Source: Tubulanus polymorphus (taxonomy: Eukaryota; Animalia; Nemertea). Taken from it: a DNA stretch of 64,000 bases. Position numbers and translations under genes: made by a program. The stretch lies in the NCBI RefSeq assembly GCF_964204645.1, contig NC_134035.1:12370451-12434450 (forward strand). The letters are read 5' to 3'. Below are positions 1 to 12,224 of this stretch, in pieces; the stretch's first letter is position 1, and every line of letters starts with the position of its first letter. A model generated the notes under the pieces. The model saw only the letters and a program-made list of their open reading frames with translations, did no database searches and was not told the origin of the DNA.

Positions 1-1147
1 TCGTAATGGGTTGTTTTTGTGTGCGCGCCAAGAATCGTGATTGAAACGCAAGAAGGCGTCATCGAAACCAATCTCAAAACATAACCATTCTACCAACTAG
101 AATTTCACTATTGATGTTTGTACCAGTGTTCAGGTTATAGTAAACCGTCTCATTCATTCTTTATGTGTTTTTTCTTTATTTTTCTATTTCTGAATGTCAG
201 TATTTTGTTATTATCTTGTCCAATAGAAATACTGATTCGATTTCAGTAATAGGATTACGCAATGTTACTGAAGGTCTTTCCACTGATTACTGATTAATTT
301 GAACATTTTCTTTCATATTTCAACGCTATGTTCTTGTTGAACTTTTAACTGGTAACACGTTTTCCAGAGGATGGCGTGAATTCAGTAGTGCGTTGCTTTT
401 TTCATTCTAGAAGATTCAATATCACGGAGGGGTGTAAATATACGCCCGCCAAAATCATAGGTTCCTAGACAAGTTCGTAGTAGTTCGCTCGACGAGCGAG
501 CGCGCGCGCGCACACCTTCACTTTTATTAATTGTAGTTTCTGTCAGAAATGAAAGTTTTGCGGTTTCTCTTGTTCGAATATCGGCTACTGGATTCCTGGG
601 ATGACTGTGAATTCCGCGCGAACAATGAACTGTCGCGGTTTCAACTCTCAGATTCAGAAATATCGCGTGGTTTATTGCGCCGTCGTTTATTACCGCGTGT
701 AATCAATTCGTACCCACGATTATTCGTCGCTGCCGAATTGAAAAATTCTATCGCGGATATTCTGCGAGCGAGTTCTCTCGCAATGACCGATCGTCGTTTT
801 GTAATTTCGTATCGTTCGTTTGCGCTGGTGATATTTTCTTTTGTAATAAATATTTCCTAAATCGAATGAGGGACCAAAGCGCGGAGAGGTATCTCGTTTG
901 TTTGTATACGGCTGATCTGATTTCCTTTGTGTCCGCTTACTGATATATATATAAACTAGATAAGTCCATTGCCCAATGTATAAATACATAGCAAATCGAC
1001 GCGAATACAATTTCTTCAAGTTTCATACGTATCAGATGAACAAGAGTTAGAAGGTTATGGGAAACAGTATAGCTGTGTCCTTCCTTGCATTGTGGTGATA
1101 CTGTAGAATATGGAAAATAGAAGGTTGTTTTATTTGATGGAAACTTA

Positions 1148-1369
1148 GGCTAAAAAAAAATTGATACCTTGTTTCTCCGCTCTGCTGAGCTTAAATGTTG
1201 ACCCGGCCGGCCGCCTATCTACCCTATACATTACTTTTTTTAAAAATCGTGATCAATTTTACCTTAACAGACCCGGCCGCTATAGAAATGAACTGTTTAT
1301 AAATTTTATCATATTTTACAAAAATGACCCGGCCGCTGCGGAGAAACAAGGTATCATTTTTGTTTAGCC
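1148..1369. mobile_element. PIF/Harbinger (Tourist-like) MITE family A, copy 1
   Basis: About 33-bp TIR GGCTAAA..TGATACCTTGTTTCTCCGC / GCGGAGAAACAAGGTATCA..TTTAGCC, TTA duplicated on both sides; near-identical copies at 7736 and 22244. Confidence 0.9.
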
Positions 1370-1829
1370 TTAGGTTAATGATATATCAATGTCAATATTA
1401 ATTCGTCAAAGTAATTAATAATTGTACGACAATCCTACATCGATTTTACAGTTGGCGTTTCACCCTCTAAACCTATATCGTTTACATTTAAGTGACCCTA
1501 AGAAGCAATTTCCGTCGATATTACATTCTGTAGTAGGAATTTTCCGATACGCTTTAAAAGATTGTCGGATGTTGTAATACCTCATAGCGATGGATAGACT
1601 GAAAAAAAAAATAGAGGGAACATCACCAGCCGTGGTGCGCGGTATCAACGGGTAATGCGCGTTTCTGCGAGGTGACCTTTACATTCGCCTTCGGTATAAA
1701 TCGTCGAGTCGAAAAGGTATAAATCGGCTTAACTGTAAAACATCGCATAATGCGCGCATCAAGTTACTCGCAAATACCCCCCCCCCCGTAGCAAATAACT
1801 ACTAGTTAACAAGTTAACGTGATGCAGAA

Positions 1830-1884
1830 GTGGCATCCTCCCCCGGCAGGGATTCGAACCTGACGGCATCGAGATTGCCACGGC
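1830..1884 (-). mobile_element. tRNA-derived SINE head fragment (B box)
   Basis: Reverse strand reads GATGCCGTCAGGTTCGAATCCCTGCC; a similar GATGCTATCAGGTTCGAATCCTTGC occurs at about 53035 (+). No full cloverleaf. Confidence 0.45.
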
Positions 1885-1903
1885 ACGAAACCCTGCCATA
1901 ATC

Positions 1904-2098
1904 GACCGTGTGCGCAGATACATGCGCAGTTCAGATGATGTGATTTTTAGCCAATCAGAAATCCCGTTTTATTTTAGCCCGGGTTTTCCCATTTATAGTT
2001 CTTCCTTGAAATTTGCCTCAACGATTATACAACGAGCAATCTGATTGGTGCCGCCAGTTTTCGTTCGGAAAGCTGCGCATGTACCTGCGCACCCGGTC
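1904..2098. mobile_element. MITE with about 25-bp TIR (GACCGkGTGCGCAGrTACATGCGCAG)
   Basis: Inverted termini at 1904 and 2098, internal inverted CCAATCAGA/TCTGATTGG. Confidence 0.7.
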
Positions 2099-2906
2099 TA
2101 CTGATGCAGGGGGATGCAGAAGTTGTGGATATTCGGGTGTAAAATCCGATAGATGCATGGTGGGTTCGAACCCCGATGAACGCGCGCTCTCGGTCGGTCA
2201 GTGTTCCACGACTCGCCGTGATCTTACAACGAAAGTCTTATGCAGGTGATTACTCTGATTGAAGAGGTTTCCACTCAGTATCGGAGGGAAAGAAAAAAAC
2301 CCGATAGATTCGACGTTAAGTAAATTGAAATAGATGAGACCGCGCGCGCGGAATACAACGTTACGTACTTCGAGAGATTACGTTTTTACTATACGTCGAA
2401 AAGTTTTAATTAAACTACGCGAGCATGTCGAATGTCGTATGTCGCATGTCGAATTATTGGGTGGGGTTAGCGCCGGAACGGCTGTTAATTCAACTGGCAA
2501 AAAATGACGTCGCAAATTAAAATAGGAGCCGCTGAATTCGTGTAGCGTTTGATTAAATTGAATCGTTAGGGTAATACGTAAACCGTACGTCGCCGTTAAC
2601 CGTTTTAAAGGTTCAATCTGCAACTGATATTTGATATATAATTAACGTATCCGCGTGCGGCGTTCTAAACGTGTCTTCGTATTAAACGACGGGGGTTTCG
2701 TCAGTCGTTCTACTTTGATGAAACGTTTGATCTTCGAAACAAGTAAACTCACTTCAGAAGGCACTACGCGGCACCGTCGTCGTAAAAACAACAAACGCAA
2801 AGTGCCGATGTAAGCTTTTTCCGCGTTTGCTTATTCTGCTATTTATTGAGACAAAAAATCGAGAAATTCGAATCATCTCGACTGACCCACATGCTGAATA
2901 TAAATT

Positions 2907-3099
2907 CAAGCAGCTATTTCTAGTTAATATCAAAGTTTTTACCGTTAAGAAAGTGAATTAGAAAGTATCCAGCATCGCGTTCTAGATATTCACCAAGCAG
3001 CAGCTATTTTTAGTTAATATCAAAGTTATTACCGTTAAGTTATTACCGTTAGAAAATGAATTAGAAAGTATCCAGCATCGCGTACTAGATATTCACTAA
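2907..3099. repeat. Tandem duplication, about 90-100 bp x2
   Basis: AGCAGCTATTT..TAGAAAGTATCCAGCATCGCGT..AGATATTCAC occurs twice. Confidence 0.85.
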
Positions 3100-6000
3100 G
3101 AACCTTAGTGTCTGATGTACCACATTGATATCATATCATATCTATTTTCTGAATAATTAACATCAATGTATAAAGGATATATTTATTAGAATTGCATTAG
3201 AAAAGTACTATAATTAATTTGTTTTACACCCATAAATATGTATATACTGATGTAAAATAACAGCAGGGCAGTGGGTGGGTAGACTAGGATCGTATGAGCG
3301 ACGGGATCACTGTGGATAGGGCGGGTGAAACTAGATACCAATGATGGATGTGTGATAAAGTCGTTTAATCGGTCGCGGCAAAATAATGAACTTTGGGACT
3401 GGCGAAGAATTAACCTCGCAATTTCTGAGAATATTCTTATGGATACGTATTTTAACTCGATAATATAATAACATGATATATGTTTTATCGTAATCTATAA
3501 AGCAATAAATACGTGCAACTTTGCTTACATATTTGCAAAAATGATTCGTGATATGGTTAATTAAAAGGAGCCAGTGCTAGCCAACACTCGAATTGTCTTT
3601 TGTTGAGCGAGAGTTTGTCGAATAAAGTAAAGTATATGGAGAACGAATCGAATGATTAAAACCTACAGCTACACTCTGTAAAAAATGATACAGGAATTTT
3701 CCGTATTGTCTTTCGTAGATACAGAGCTGCCAACCGTTCGTGATTTTCAGCAGTTTCTTACTGTGGTCAAAACTTTTTTACTGATAGTTTGAACGTTTTC
3801 CGTTATATTTCCATGAAATGTTACTGAAAGAAATTCAACTTGTTACTGATAGCACTTTTTTAGAGGTTGGCATCCCTGTAAATAAGACGAAGAGTTCGTC
3901 GAATAAAGTAAAAGTATAAGTAAACTTAGGTATACGAATACACGATAAGGGTCGACAGGCAGAATCAAATGAATAAAACCTAAAACTAATTCGATGTTGA
4001 TTGTTGCGGTGTTTTCTACTGTAAAGACTGGATGCGCGGGTCCGTGTACAGATAGATAACAGTCCATCTTTATTAACAGACTCGGTGTAAATATATTCAT
4101 TTATACGCGCAGTAAACCACGCGATATACAACATACATATTCAATACCTTCTAGAAACGGTCAGGTTTAGGTGATATAGACGACTTATGTTGTCATTACC
4201 TTATCGAACCTCGTCAAATATGTTGTTACCTTTGAATATAGTTTTACGAAGTCTATAGTTTATTGAAATTGAAGTTGATTCAAAGAATTAACGTCTTGAA
4301 AAATAACAAATATGTTGCTCGATATTGTCGACATTGATAATTGATTGATAATTCGCCGGCTATGTTTTGGTGGCAGGTGTGTACATATCAACAATTTGAT
4401 TTGATTGAATTGAATTACCGGCAACCAGTCTAGCTAAAGAATAACTTCCCATAGTAATTAGGGCCTTGTGCGTATATACAACCGTCGTCAGTATTTGGGC
4501 TTCGTTAGAATAAAATAAAGGAAAATTTACTAGGTCGAAAATAGGTCATGAATTTTATTTGTCTTAAAAATAGAACGTCAATTACGCAATTGTAAACGTT
4601 ATTGTGAAACGCCTATATCGATGACGTAGTGCACATCGACTCGCGAAGGACTCCTCGAATAACGCAATGTAGTAATCGATGTTTAAAAATATTTTTCTAA
4701 CGGTTTTTACAGCGTCAAAAAAACGCACCGAGTACCGTGCCGGTGAACGTGGTGTTTGAGTTTGTTATTGCTGGCGTGTAGTTTCATCGAGTTAGTTATC
4801 GATAGTGACTGCGGTGACGACTGGATGTAGACGGCAATCACGATTCAAGGTTGATATTGACCAGTATTAACCGGTACGTTCATAATTGATAGATATCGCT
4901 TTAGTTTTTATGCGCTTCATCCGTTCAGGAATCTCAGTTAATTGATATACGATACGGACGTGAGTTTTATCTTACAGACAGGAAATATGTTCTACCGCAA
5001 TGACTATAGTAAAAAATACATAACAAAACATCCCCGCGCCAAATTACGGATAGGAATTGCCAGTTCGACGGAGGCTAACAATTCCCTTTTGCTCGCAAAT
5101 ATCCTTTCGTGACTTTCTGGCGATATCGTGTTTCAAATGTCGTCGATATTTCGCCCTCGTTTCCTATTGCTTCTATTTCATTATCTTTCGGTTTATGTTT
5201 TGTTGGTTCTGAGACCGAATTTTCTACTTTTAGCGAAACACGGACGCTGAAGTTTCTATACTCATTGTATTTCATCGTTTTTCGTCGAGGACTAGTCCAG
5301 TCCCTTTCCATTTGTCCATTTATAAATCAGCCCGTAAATACGCGAAGTTTGAAACGCGAAAGTCATCGTAACCGAAATCTGAGTACTGCTTAATGGGAGT
5401 TTGTCGGACAGCGGAGACGTGGGTGTGTGTAGCATTCACAAAATATATCGGTTTTTTCCTCGTCACTTTGTTTTTTGATTATGAACCACGGATACGAAAA
5501 GAACGCCTAACACGATGACGAGTGTAGAGATATCAATTCGTTTTCTGTCATCAGAAACAGGAATAGTGATAGGAAAACATAGCACCAGCAACAACAGCAG
5601 CAGTTGCAGATGTGAATAGCATAATAGTAACTGAATAATACACGGGGGATGCAATGAAAGTAGCCCGGTATTTCGTGCCATACGAGCGCACGCCTGTGTG
5701 ATACCCTTACGAAAAGACGACAACATAAAAAAAACCACATCTCGTCCAATCCGAGAAGCTTATTCCAAATACGATCTTATCATTTCTCGTCAATTATTCA
5801 ATTCAGCCGAGAGAGATAGAGGAAAAACTGTACGTAACTTCAGGGTCGAATCGAGTTTTTCTTTTTTAGTTAAATGAAAGGCTTGGATATCAATGTAGGC
5901 AGAGCGTTGGGGGGGAAAAACTGGGCTAATTTTTTTTAGTCATAAATATGAATAAAAACGTATCGTGATAAAACTCACTAATATATAGAATGTATATATA

Positions 6001-7735
6001 GATGTATAAAAACAAAACTAACTCAAAATATAAAAAAGAAATTTATCTATTGACATGTCAACAAAAGATACGGGGTAGAGGTCGGGATTTGGCGTCTGCG
6101 GGCGTTTCATATCTTTGATATCAATTTTTGTGTCTATAAATCATCTAAAAAACTCGTGTTCATATCTATTTAACGCGTAATCTAATTGAATCGTCAGCAT
6201 TATAGTTCATGAAATACAGTTTCACCGATCGTTTTCGATTGTTTTCTCGCTTCGTTTCAGAGTTGTCTGCTTCTAAACTTTCGTCTGAAATCCAAAATTA
6301 TGTAATACGATTATTTAATACGATATGTGCCGAATTAGACGTAATATCATATTCCAACGATATATCTAATAATCCGGACAGTCTCTGACGGACGTCTCTC
6401 TCTCTCTCGGCTCCTATTGAAATCCGGGTTCGAATTTCAGTAGAAGTAATTAATTACTCGGAAGCCCTCACGTCATTAATCAGTGTATACCGGGTAGTTT
6501 TTCGTGTCGAGAACTTAACATTTCGATAAACGAAAATCTGATTCGTCGAGTGATGCTTTTTTATTTATCTTTGAAAAGTTATATAAAGGTTTATAAAAGT
6601 AACTCCGACCTTATTTTCGTCAATATTACAGCACTAACAGATTGTCATAGAATGAACTGCGTTGAAGAGTGTTGGTCATTCGTTTTGTATTAGTCAGGAA
6701 CCAATCTCTCAAACTAGTGATAATGAAACGATAACGAACTAAACTCATTCTAGCAAACAATAAATACAATTGCCTGAATATAAAAAAAAGATTCTCCAGT
6801 GACAAAAAGGTCGAATTTATCGCGTAATTCTCCGCCTAAATAGGATACTTCTCAGTTTTCATTAGTTCATTAATACAATGCGTTTCTTTTTACAGCATTT
6901 GTATTATTCCCCTTCTCATCATTGTTGATGTTGTTGTGCAAACTTTATTAGATGTATTTCTTATGTTACCTGGGCTGAATATTGAACAGTAAATGTATCA
7001 AAAACAAATTTTAAAAGTAAAATCGAGGGCGGATGTAAAGTTATTTTGAAAGTGTGGAAAGTTTTTAAAGTTAGTTAATTTGCAATGAGTTAACTCGGAG
7101 TTAAATCTTAACTGGGAACTGTATGAAACCTGACCCAAGTGCAGAACTGTCCAGTACCTCATACATAAGACGAGCGAGGATTCTGTTCGCGTAAGACAAT
7201 AAGTAATATATATAGTGACGATAAAACCCGGCGGCGGTTCATATATACATGTGAATAACTGTGATCATATCACGCAATGACAACGTCGCCGATAACCGAA
7301 AAATGACACCAGTCACACGACTGCAATCTATAACCGTGTGTGCTCGTTCATACCAGATTTGAAACCAGATCATCTGGAAAATGAACAAGCGTTAATCCCA
7401 CCGCTATAGCCGGTCCTCGGCAAGCTTAATCGTGAAAATAGCAAACTGCTCACAATGTAACCACTAATCAGGCTATCATCGCTATCGATTGTCGGAGGGT
7501 ATCAAGTTTTTGAAATGTCTCACTTCGAGCAAGTTCGCAGTAGACTCCTATAGTCTGTTCACCTGTCTCGATGAAAGCAATGAGATCTGAATCAGTTGGT
7601 TTCATCATAATTTTGGCACTTTTCTCGATTCATGGCCATGTTCGACTCCGGATCATACAGCAACTAGATTTTCACCGTATAGAAGTGCAAAATGCTGTGC
7701 GGCAAAAATGTCGTTATCTTGCTACCATTTATTTA

Positions 7736-7949
7736 GGCTAAAAAAATTGATACCTTGTTTCTCCGCTCTGCTGAGCTTAAATGTTGACCCGGCCGCCTAT
7801 CTACCCTATACATTACTTTTTAAAAATCGTGATCAATTTTACCATAACAGACCCGGCCGCTATAGAAATGAACTGTTTATAAATTTTATCATATTTTACA
7901 AAAATGACCCGGCCGCTGCGGAGAAACAAGGTATCATTTTTGTTTAGCC
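7736..7949. mobile_element. MITE family A, copy 2
   Basis: Same TIRs, TTA TSD. Confidence 0.9.
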
Positions 7950-9250
7950 TTAGGTCCTGCTTTTATAATAGGTCACTAACTCCACGAGTAGACCGTCTCT
8001 GTACTTTGTGTCAGAATAACCACGTTTTACTTCCACAATATTTCAGACAGAATCGCTCCCCGTTCAAAATCATAGATCTATCCACGAGCACAAGCTAGCT
8101 CCCACGATCTGAGAATAAGAACAGGGAACTATCTCTTGAGGATGTTTAGTGAAATAAAACGGTTTCTTGTTGACGAGTAACAACGACACCTTTGATAATG
8201 TATTCCTGTAGTATTTAGCCGCCTTTCATATACTGTCATTATATCTGAATGTCATACAAGTTATGAAATACTTAAACGAATAAAGAAATAGCATGTAATG
8301 ATTACGCGATGAAATATATGTAAATGTAGATTTTTCGTACAAATTAATCACTGAAAACTGTTTGAGAAGCGAACACAGTCGTAAAGAAAAAATCCGCACA
8401 TAATTCAACGTATAAAAATCAAAGCTTTTATATGCTTTATTGGTCGCGAATTGACGACGCAATATTTCCAGTTTTCTCCGTCGCAGATTTTTTCAGTGAG
8501 GTATATATAAGAATTTGATTAGATTATGAGCGGTAGTCGGCTAGAGTCTTTTGTACCCTCAAGTAGAACACTTAACATATTAACCGCTACACTGATTTGG
8601 CACTATACATAGCGGCGCTCGGTTCCTGCGAGAGAACGCCTCCGCGTATCGTCTTCTAACTATAATAACTATTATTACATCTTCACATGTAGATTATTGT
8701 AATCGAACGAAGTGGATTGTTCCGAATTGGTTCTGTTATCTGATTCGCGCTATAGAAATCGTCCGCGAAATGAGACGCGCGCAATAGTTTGCGTTATTGA
8801 TACGAGTACCGAGTATTCACTATAGAACTCTTGACAGATAATCGATGTATTTACTCCAGTTCATACAGGGTTCGACACTACATTCTCAGATTTCAGATCT
8901 GCTATTTTTACTGATTCATGGTATCAGAGCGAAATGCCTTCCAGCTTCAATTTCAACAGCGACAGTATCCCCGATATTGGACTTCTATCTTCTATTTCGT
9001 TTGGTTCTCGATGCTTCGTTATTGTGTGAGACGACCAGCGAATTTTATAATTGTTTCCCGTCCCTATAATTCGTAAATTTACGTCCGGTACTTCTAATCA
9101 ACTTATCGAAATGAATAGTAGTTCATGGTTCTATTCAAATTTTACTCGTAAGTTCTATAGATAACCATTGATGAAACACTCGGAGTTAGTTAACACACAC
9201 TACCGGCTGTGTTAAGGATAGCTTTGTTTTGATTCGAGAAAAAAATAATG

Positions 9251-9325
9251 TCGGGCAGATAGGCGGCCGACCGGGTCAACTTTTAAGCTAAGCAGAAATG
9301 AGAAACAAAGTATCAGTTTTAAGCC
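9251..9325 (-). mobile_element. Diverged terminal fragment related to MITE family A
   Basis: Reverse complement GGCTTAAAACTGATACTTTGTTTCTC...GTTGACCCGGTCGGCCGCCTATCT aligns with the family A left end. Confidence 0.7.
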
Positions 9326-11220
9326 TGAGAACGAAACAAAGAGTCCGAAATGTTTACTTGGTTTAAAGTTTATCCAACATTTCAACAGTCGTCTATCTCC
9401 TGGATTATTGAGTATTCACTTCATTATTGCCATTTTCTAAGACACTTAAGGATATAGTCAAAACGTTGAATAATATCAAAACTACATTGTACATTCTCTA
9501 GAAAGCACTTCAGCCCTTATCATTCATTCTTAGCGAAGGAGTTTATATTTTCAACATTATGACTCAGGTTTGATCATCATCTACGGTAGTCTGAAACTTC
9601 TATAACTAAAGTTTGTGGCGGTAACAAAATCCATGCATGGTTCATCGATGAATTCAGACCCGAGTCTCAAATCCCGATTCAGGAGAATGTTTTATATTAT
9701 CCGCCGCATCTTATACTAAGAAAGAACATTATCGAAAACCTTTCGGTATTTTCACCGGTCTTTTCTATTTTCTGATGCTAATGGTTATTATACCTAAGAG
9801 GTATCAGTTGGAATATTTGATTTAAATCCTACACGCCGGATCAGGTAGGCCTTCTACTGTTTCTGGTGTCTGTTTCGCTGTCGGTGGTTGCAAAGAGACG
9901 AGTGGGCTTCATAAACGAGAATAATACGATGAAATGCGAGACGGATGGAATTTCAGAAAATACGTCGTCGATATTTTTACCCGGTAACGGAATTCCGCGT
10001 GTTGTATTCGTCTAATATTCAAAATAAAAAACGTGGTTGTTAGCGATTCAGGTAAGGAAGGTTTGTAGGTGATCGTCCGTATTTTGACACTGTGAAGCCA
10101 GGTGCCAATTGCTTCCAACGCGTCTGACATTATCGAAATGTCTGTCTTTGAACAGTTGTATTGAGAGAATATTGCGGTTTCAAAGGTAAGGTGACATTGG
10201 AAGAGATGACCGCCTGTCTTTAAAAGTAGCCCTGGCATTTTCAGAACCTGAATGAATCACAAGTGGTCTGATTAGGACATGAGTCCGCATACTCCACTGC
10301 ATTTGTTTCTAGATTATGATTGCAATATCTATTTCCACTTGAAATTGCGGAAGGACATAAAAGAATTATAAAAAGTTACGTTATCAGTGGTAGCAAAAAT
10401 ACATATTTTTTTGTGGTAGGTCTTTTTTTGTAAGTATCATACGAGAGACCCCCGTATCATTTTTAGACATAACCAAAAATCAGTAGACCACAGTCTTTAT
10501 GAAATTTGGATTCGCCTTATTATAACCATTGTCGTTCTTCTTAAGAAAAAATGCAATCTAGGAATAATTATCAAAACCAATATGATTAGATGTAAAAGCT
10601 AATACGGAAATAAGTAATTTGTTATTTTTAGCTTCGAGCAATTAACGGTAAAAGTGTAACGCGCCCTCCCACTCAACTGCCGTTTACCTATCATCTCATC
10701 TATAGCGATAATTGTTTGAAAATATCATTTTAAATGAATTATTCGTCGATGCGAACGTTTTGTAACGATCAAACGGGGAAATCACACTAAATCGAACTCA
10801 AGGATACGTTTGAATTATTGATGTACGTGTATGATAGTGTGAAGGCGTGTTGTATGAGGTAGTTGGTTTATCTGATGGAATATCAGCTACTAGGCAGAAA
10901 TATCATATAACATTAATTTTCATTAAGTGACTGCGTCGTCGTTCGAAACAAAAATAGCAATGATATATTTTTAGTGCGTTCTCGTGTCTTTCAACATTTA
11001 TTACAATAAGCAGTATTCACTAGCCTGTAACCACTCTACGCCAGTGAGCGAGTGGACATCTGCAACCTGTACACACTTCGGCCAGCCTTCTGTTCGCGCC
11101 TAAAATGGCGATGAATTTAAAGATTTGCTTCATCAAATTGTTAGTTTTGGTTATGAGACTAAATTCTGCTTGGATGGAATATTGATTGCTTGCGGAGACT
11201 GGTGGCTGTCGTATCGATTA

Positions 11221-11518
11221 CTTGCTGTGACTGGCCCTGATAGATTCGCTATCTTACTAAGACTGGCCCTGATCGTGACAATATCTTGCTAGGACTGGTC
11301 CTGGTCGTATCAATATTTCGCTAGGACTGGTCCTGATCATAACAATATCTTGCTAGGACTGGTCCTGATCGTACCAATATTTCGCTAGGACCGGTACTGA
11401 TCGTAACAATCTTGCTAGGACTGGTCCAGATCCTTTCGATATCTAACTAGGACTGGTCCTGATCGTAACAATATCTTGCTAGGACCGGTCCTGATTGAAA
11501 AGAAAATTACTAGGACTG
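11221..11518. repeat. Minisatellite, 32-bp unit, about 9 copies
   Basis: GCTAGGACTGGTCCTGATCGTAACAATATCTT repeated. Confidence 0.9.
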
Positions 11519-12143
11519 AGTTTATGTTTGTGTAAATGAATTGCTAGGCGCATAGTTTTGTCGAGGTATAATTTAACATCAGCGAGCATTCCTCGACTCG
11601 TGTATTCTGGAGTCGAGTATTTCACTATTCTCGGTGATTATCGGTGAAGATTTTCTATGGATTCAAAGAGAAAACGATGAATAGGTAGAATTATTAGCAC
11701 TCGACGACGATCGACGCAAAAATTAAACGTAGTTTCTTAAAGAACTGATGAGATTTCTCGTCGACGAGTCTCGTCTCGTCGGCTAAGTCAATTTGTACCT
11801 GAACGTAGAAAATGAATTTCTGAAAATGTCTCCTCTCTCGACTGGGAGTGTGTGTATTTATAAGCACGAAACGCACACGTTATGTTTCATCCATTCGTCG
11901 TCTATTAATAAAATTTGATCCTTTCGATATTTTATCCTATCGTCAAAAAAACTAATTCCTGATCAATTCTAGAGGTTCTAATTCTTTAAAGAAGAGAAAT
12001 ATTCTGACGCGATCAGTGCGAGGGTAACGAGGGGAAAGTGTTTGATGACGAAGAGAGATAGAGAGAGATTTTCTGTAACGACACTTGATAAAAAATGCCG
12101 GTGACGACGACGACGACTTCAGATGTTACGAATCACGAGTAGG

Positions 12144-12224
12144 CCGCACCGCACCGCACCGCACCGCACCGCACCGCACCGCACCGCACCGCACCGCACC
12201 GCACCGCACCGCACCGCACCGCAC
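12144..12224. repeat. (GCACC)n pentanucleotide microsatellite, about 16 copies
   Basis: Direct reading. Confidence 0.97.

Noticed and set aside
1161-1367. Repeated 68-79 aa ORF (also 7708)
   Set aside because: Lies wholly within a non-coding MITE; non-ATG start in copy 1
5463-5738. Minus ORF with hydrophobic run and RKR (neuropeptide-precursor-like)
   Set aside because: The hydrophobic run comes from a short CAG/CAA repeat; no recognisable peptide motif or splice support
9909-10238. Minus ORF faintly resembling a reverse-transcriptase fragment
   Set aside because: No intact YADD or QG motif; similarity too weak to call
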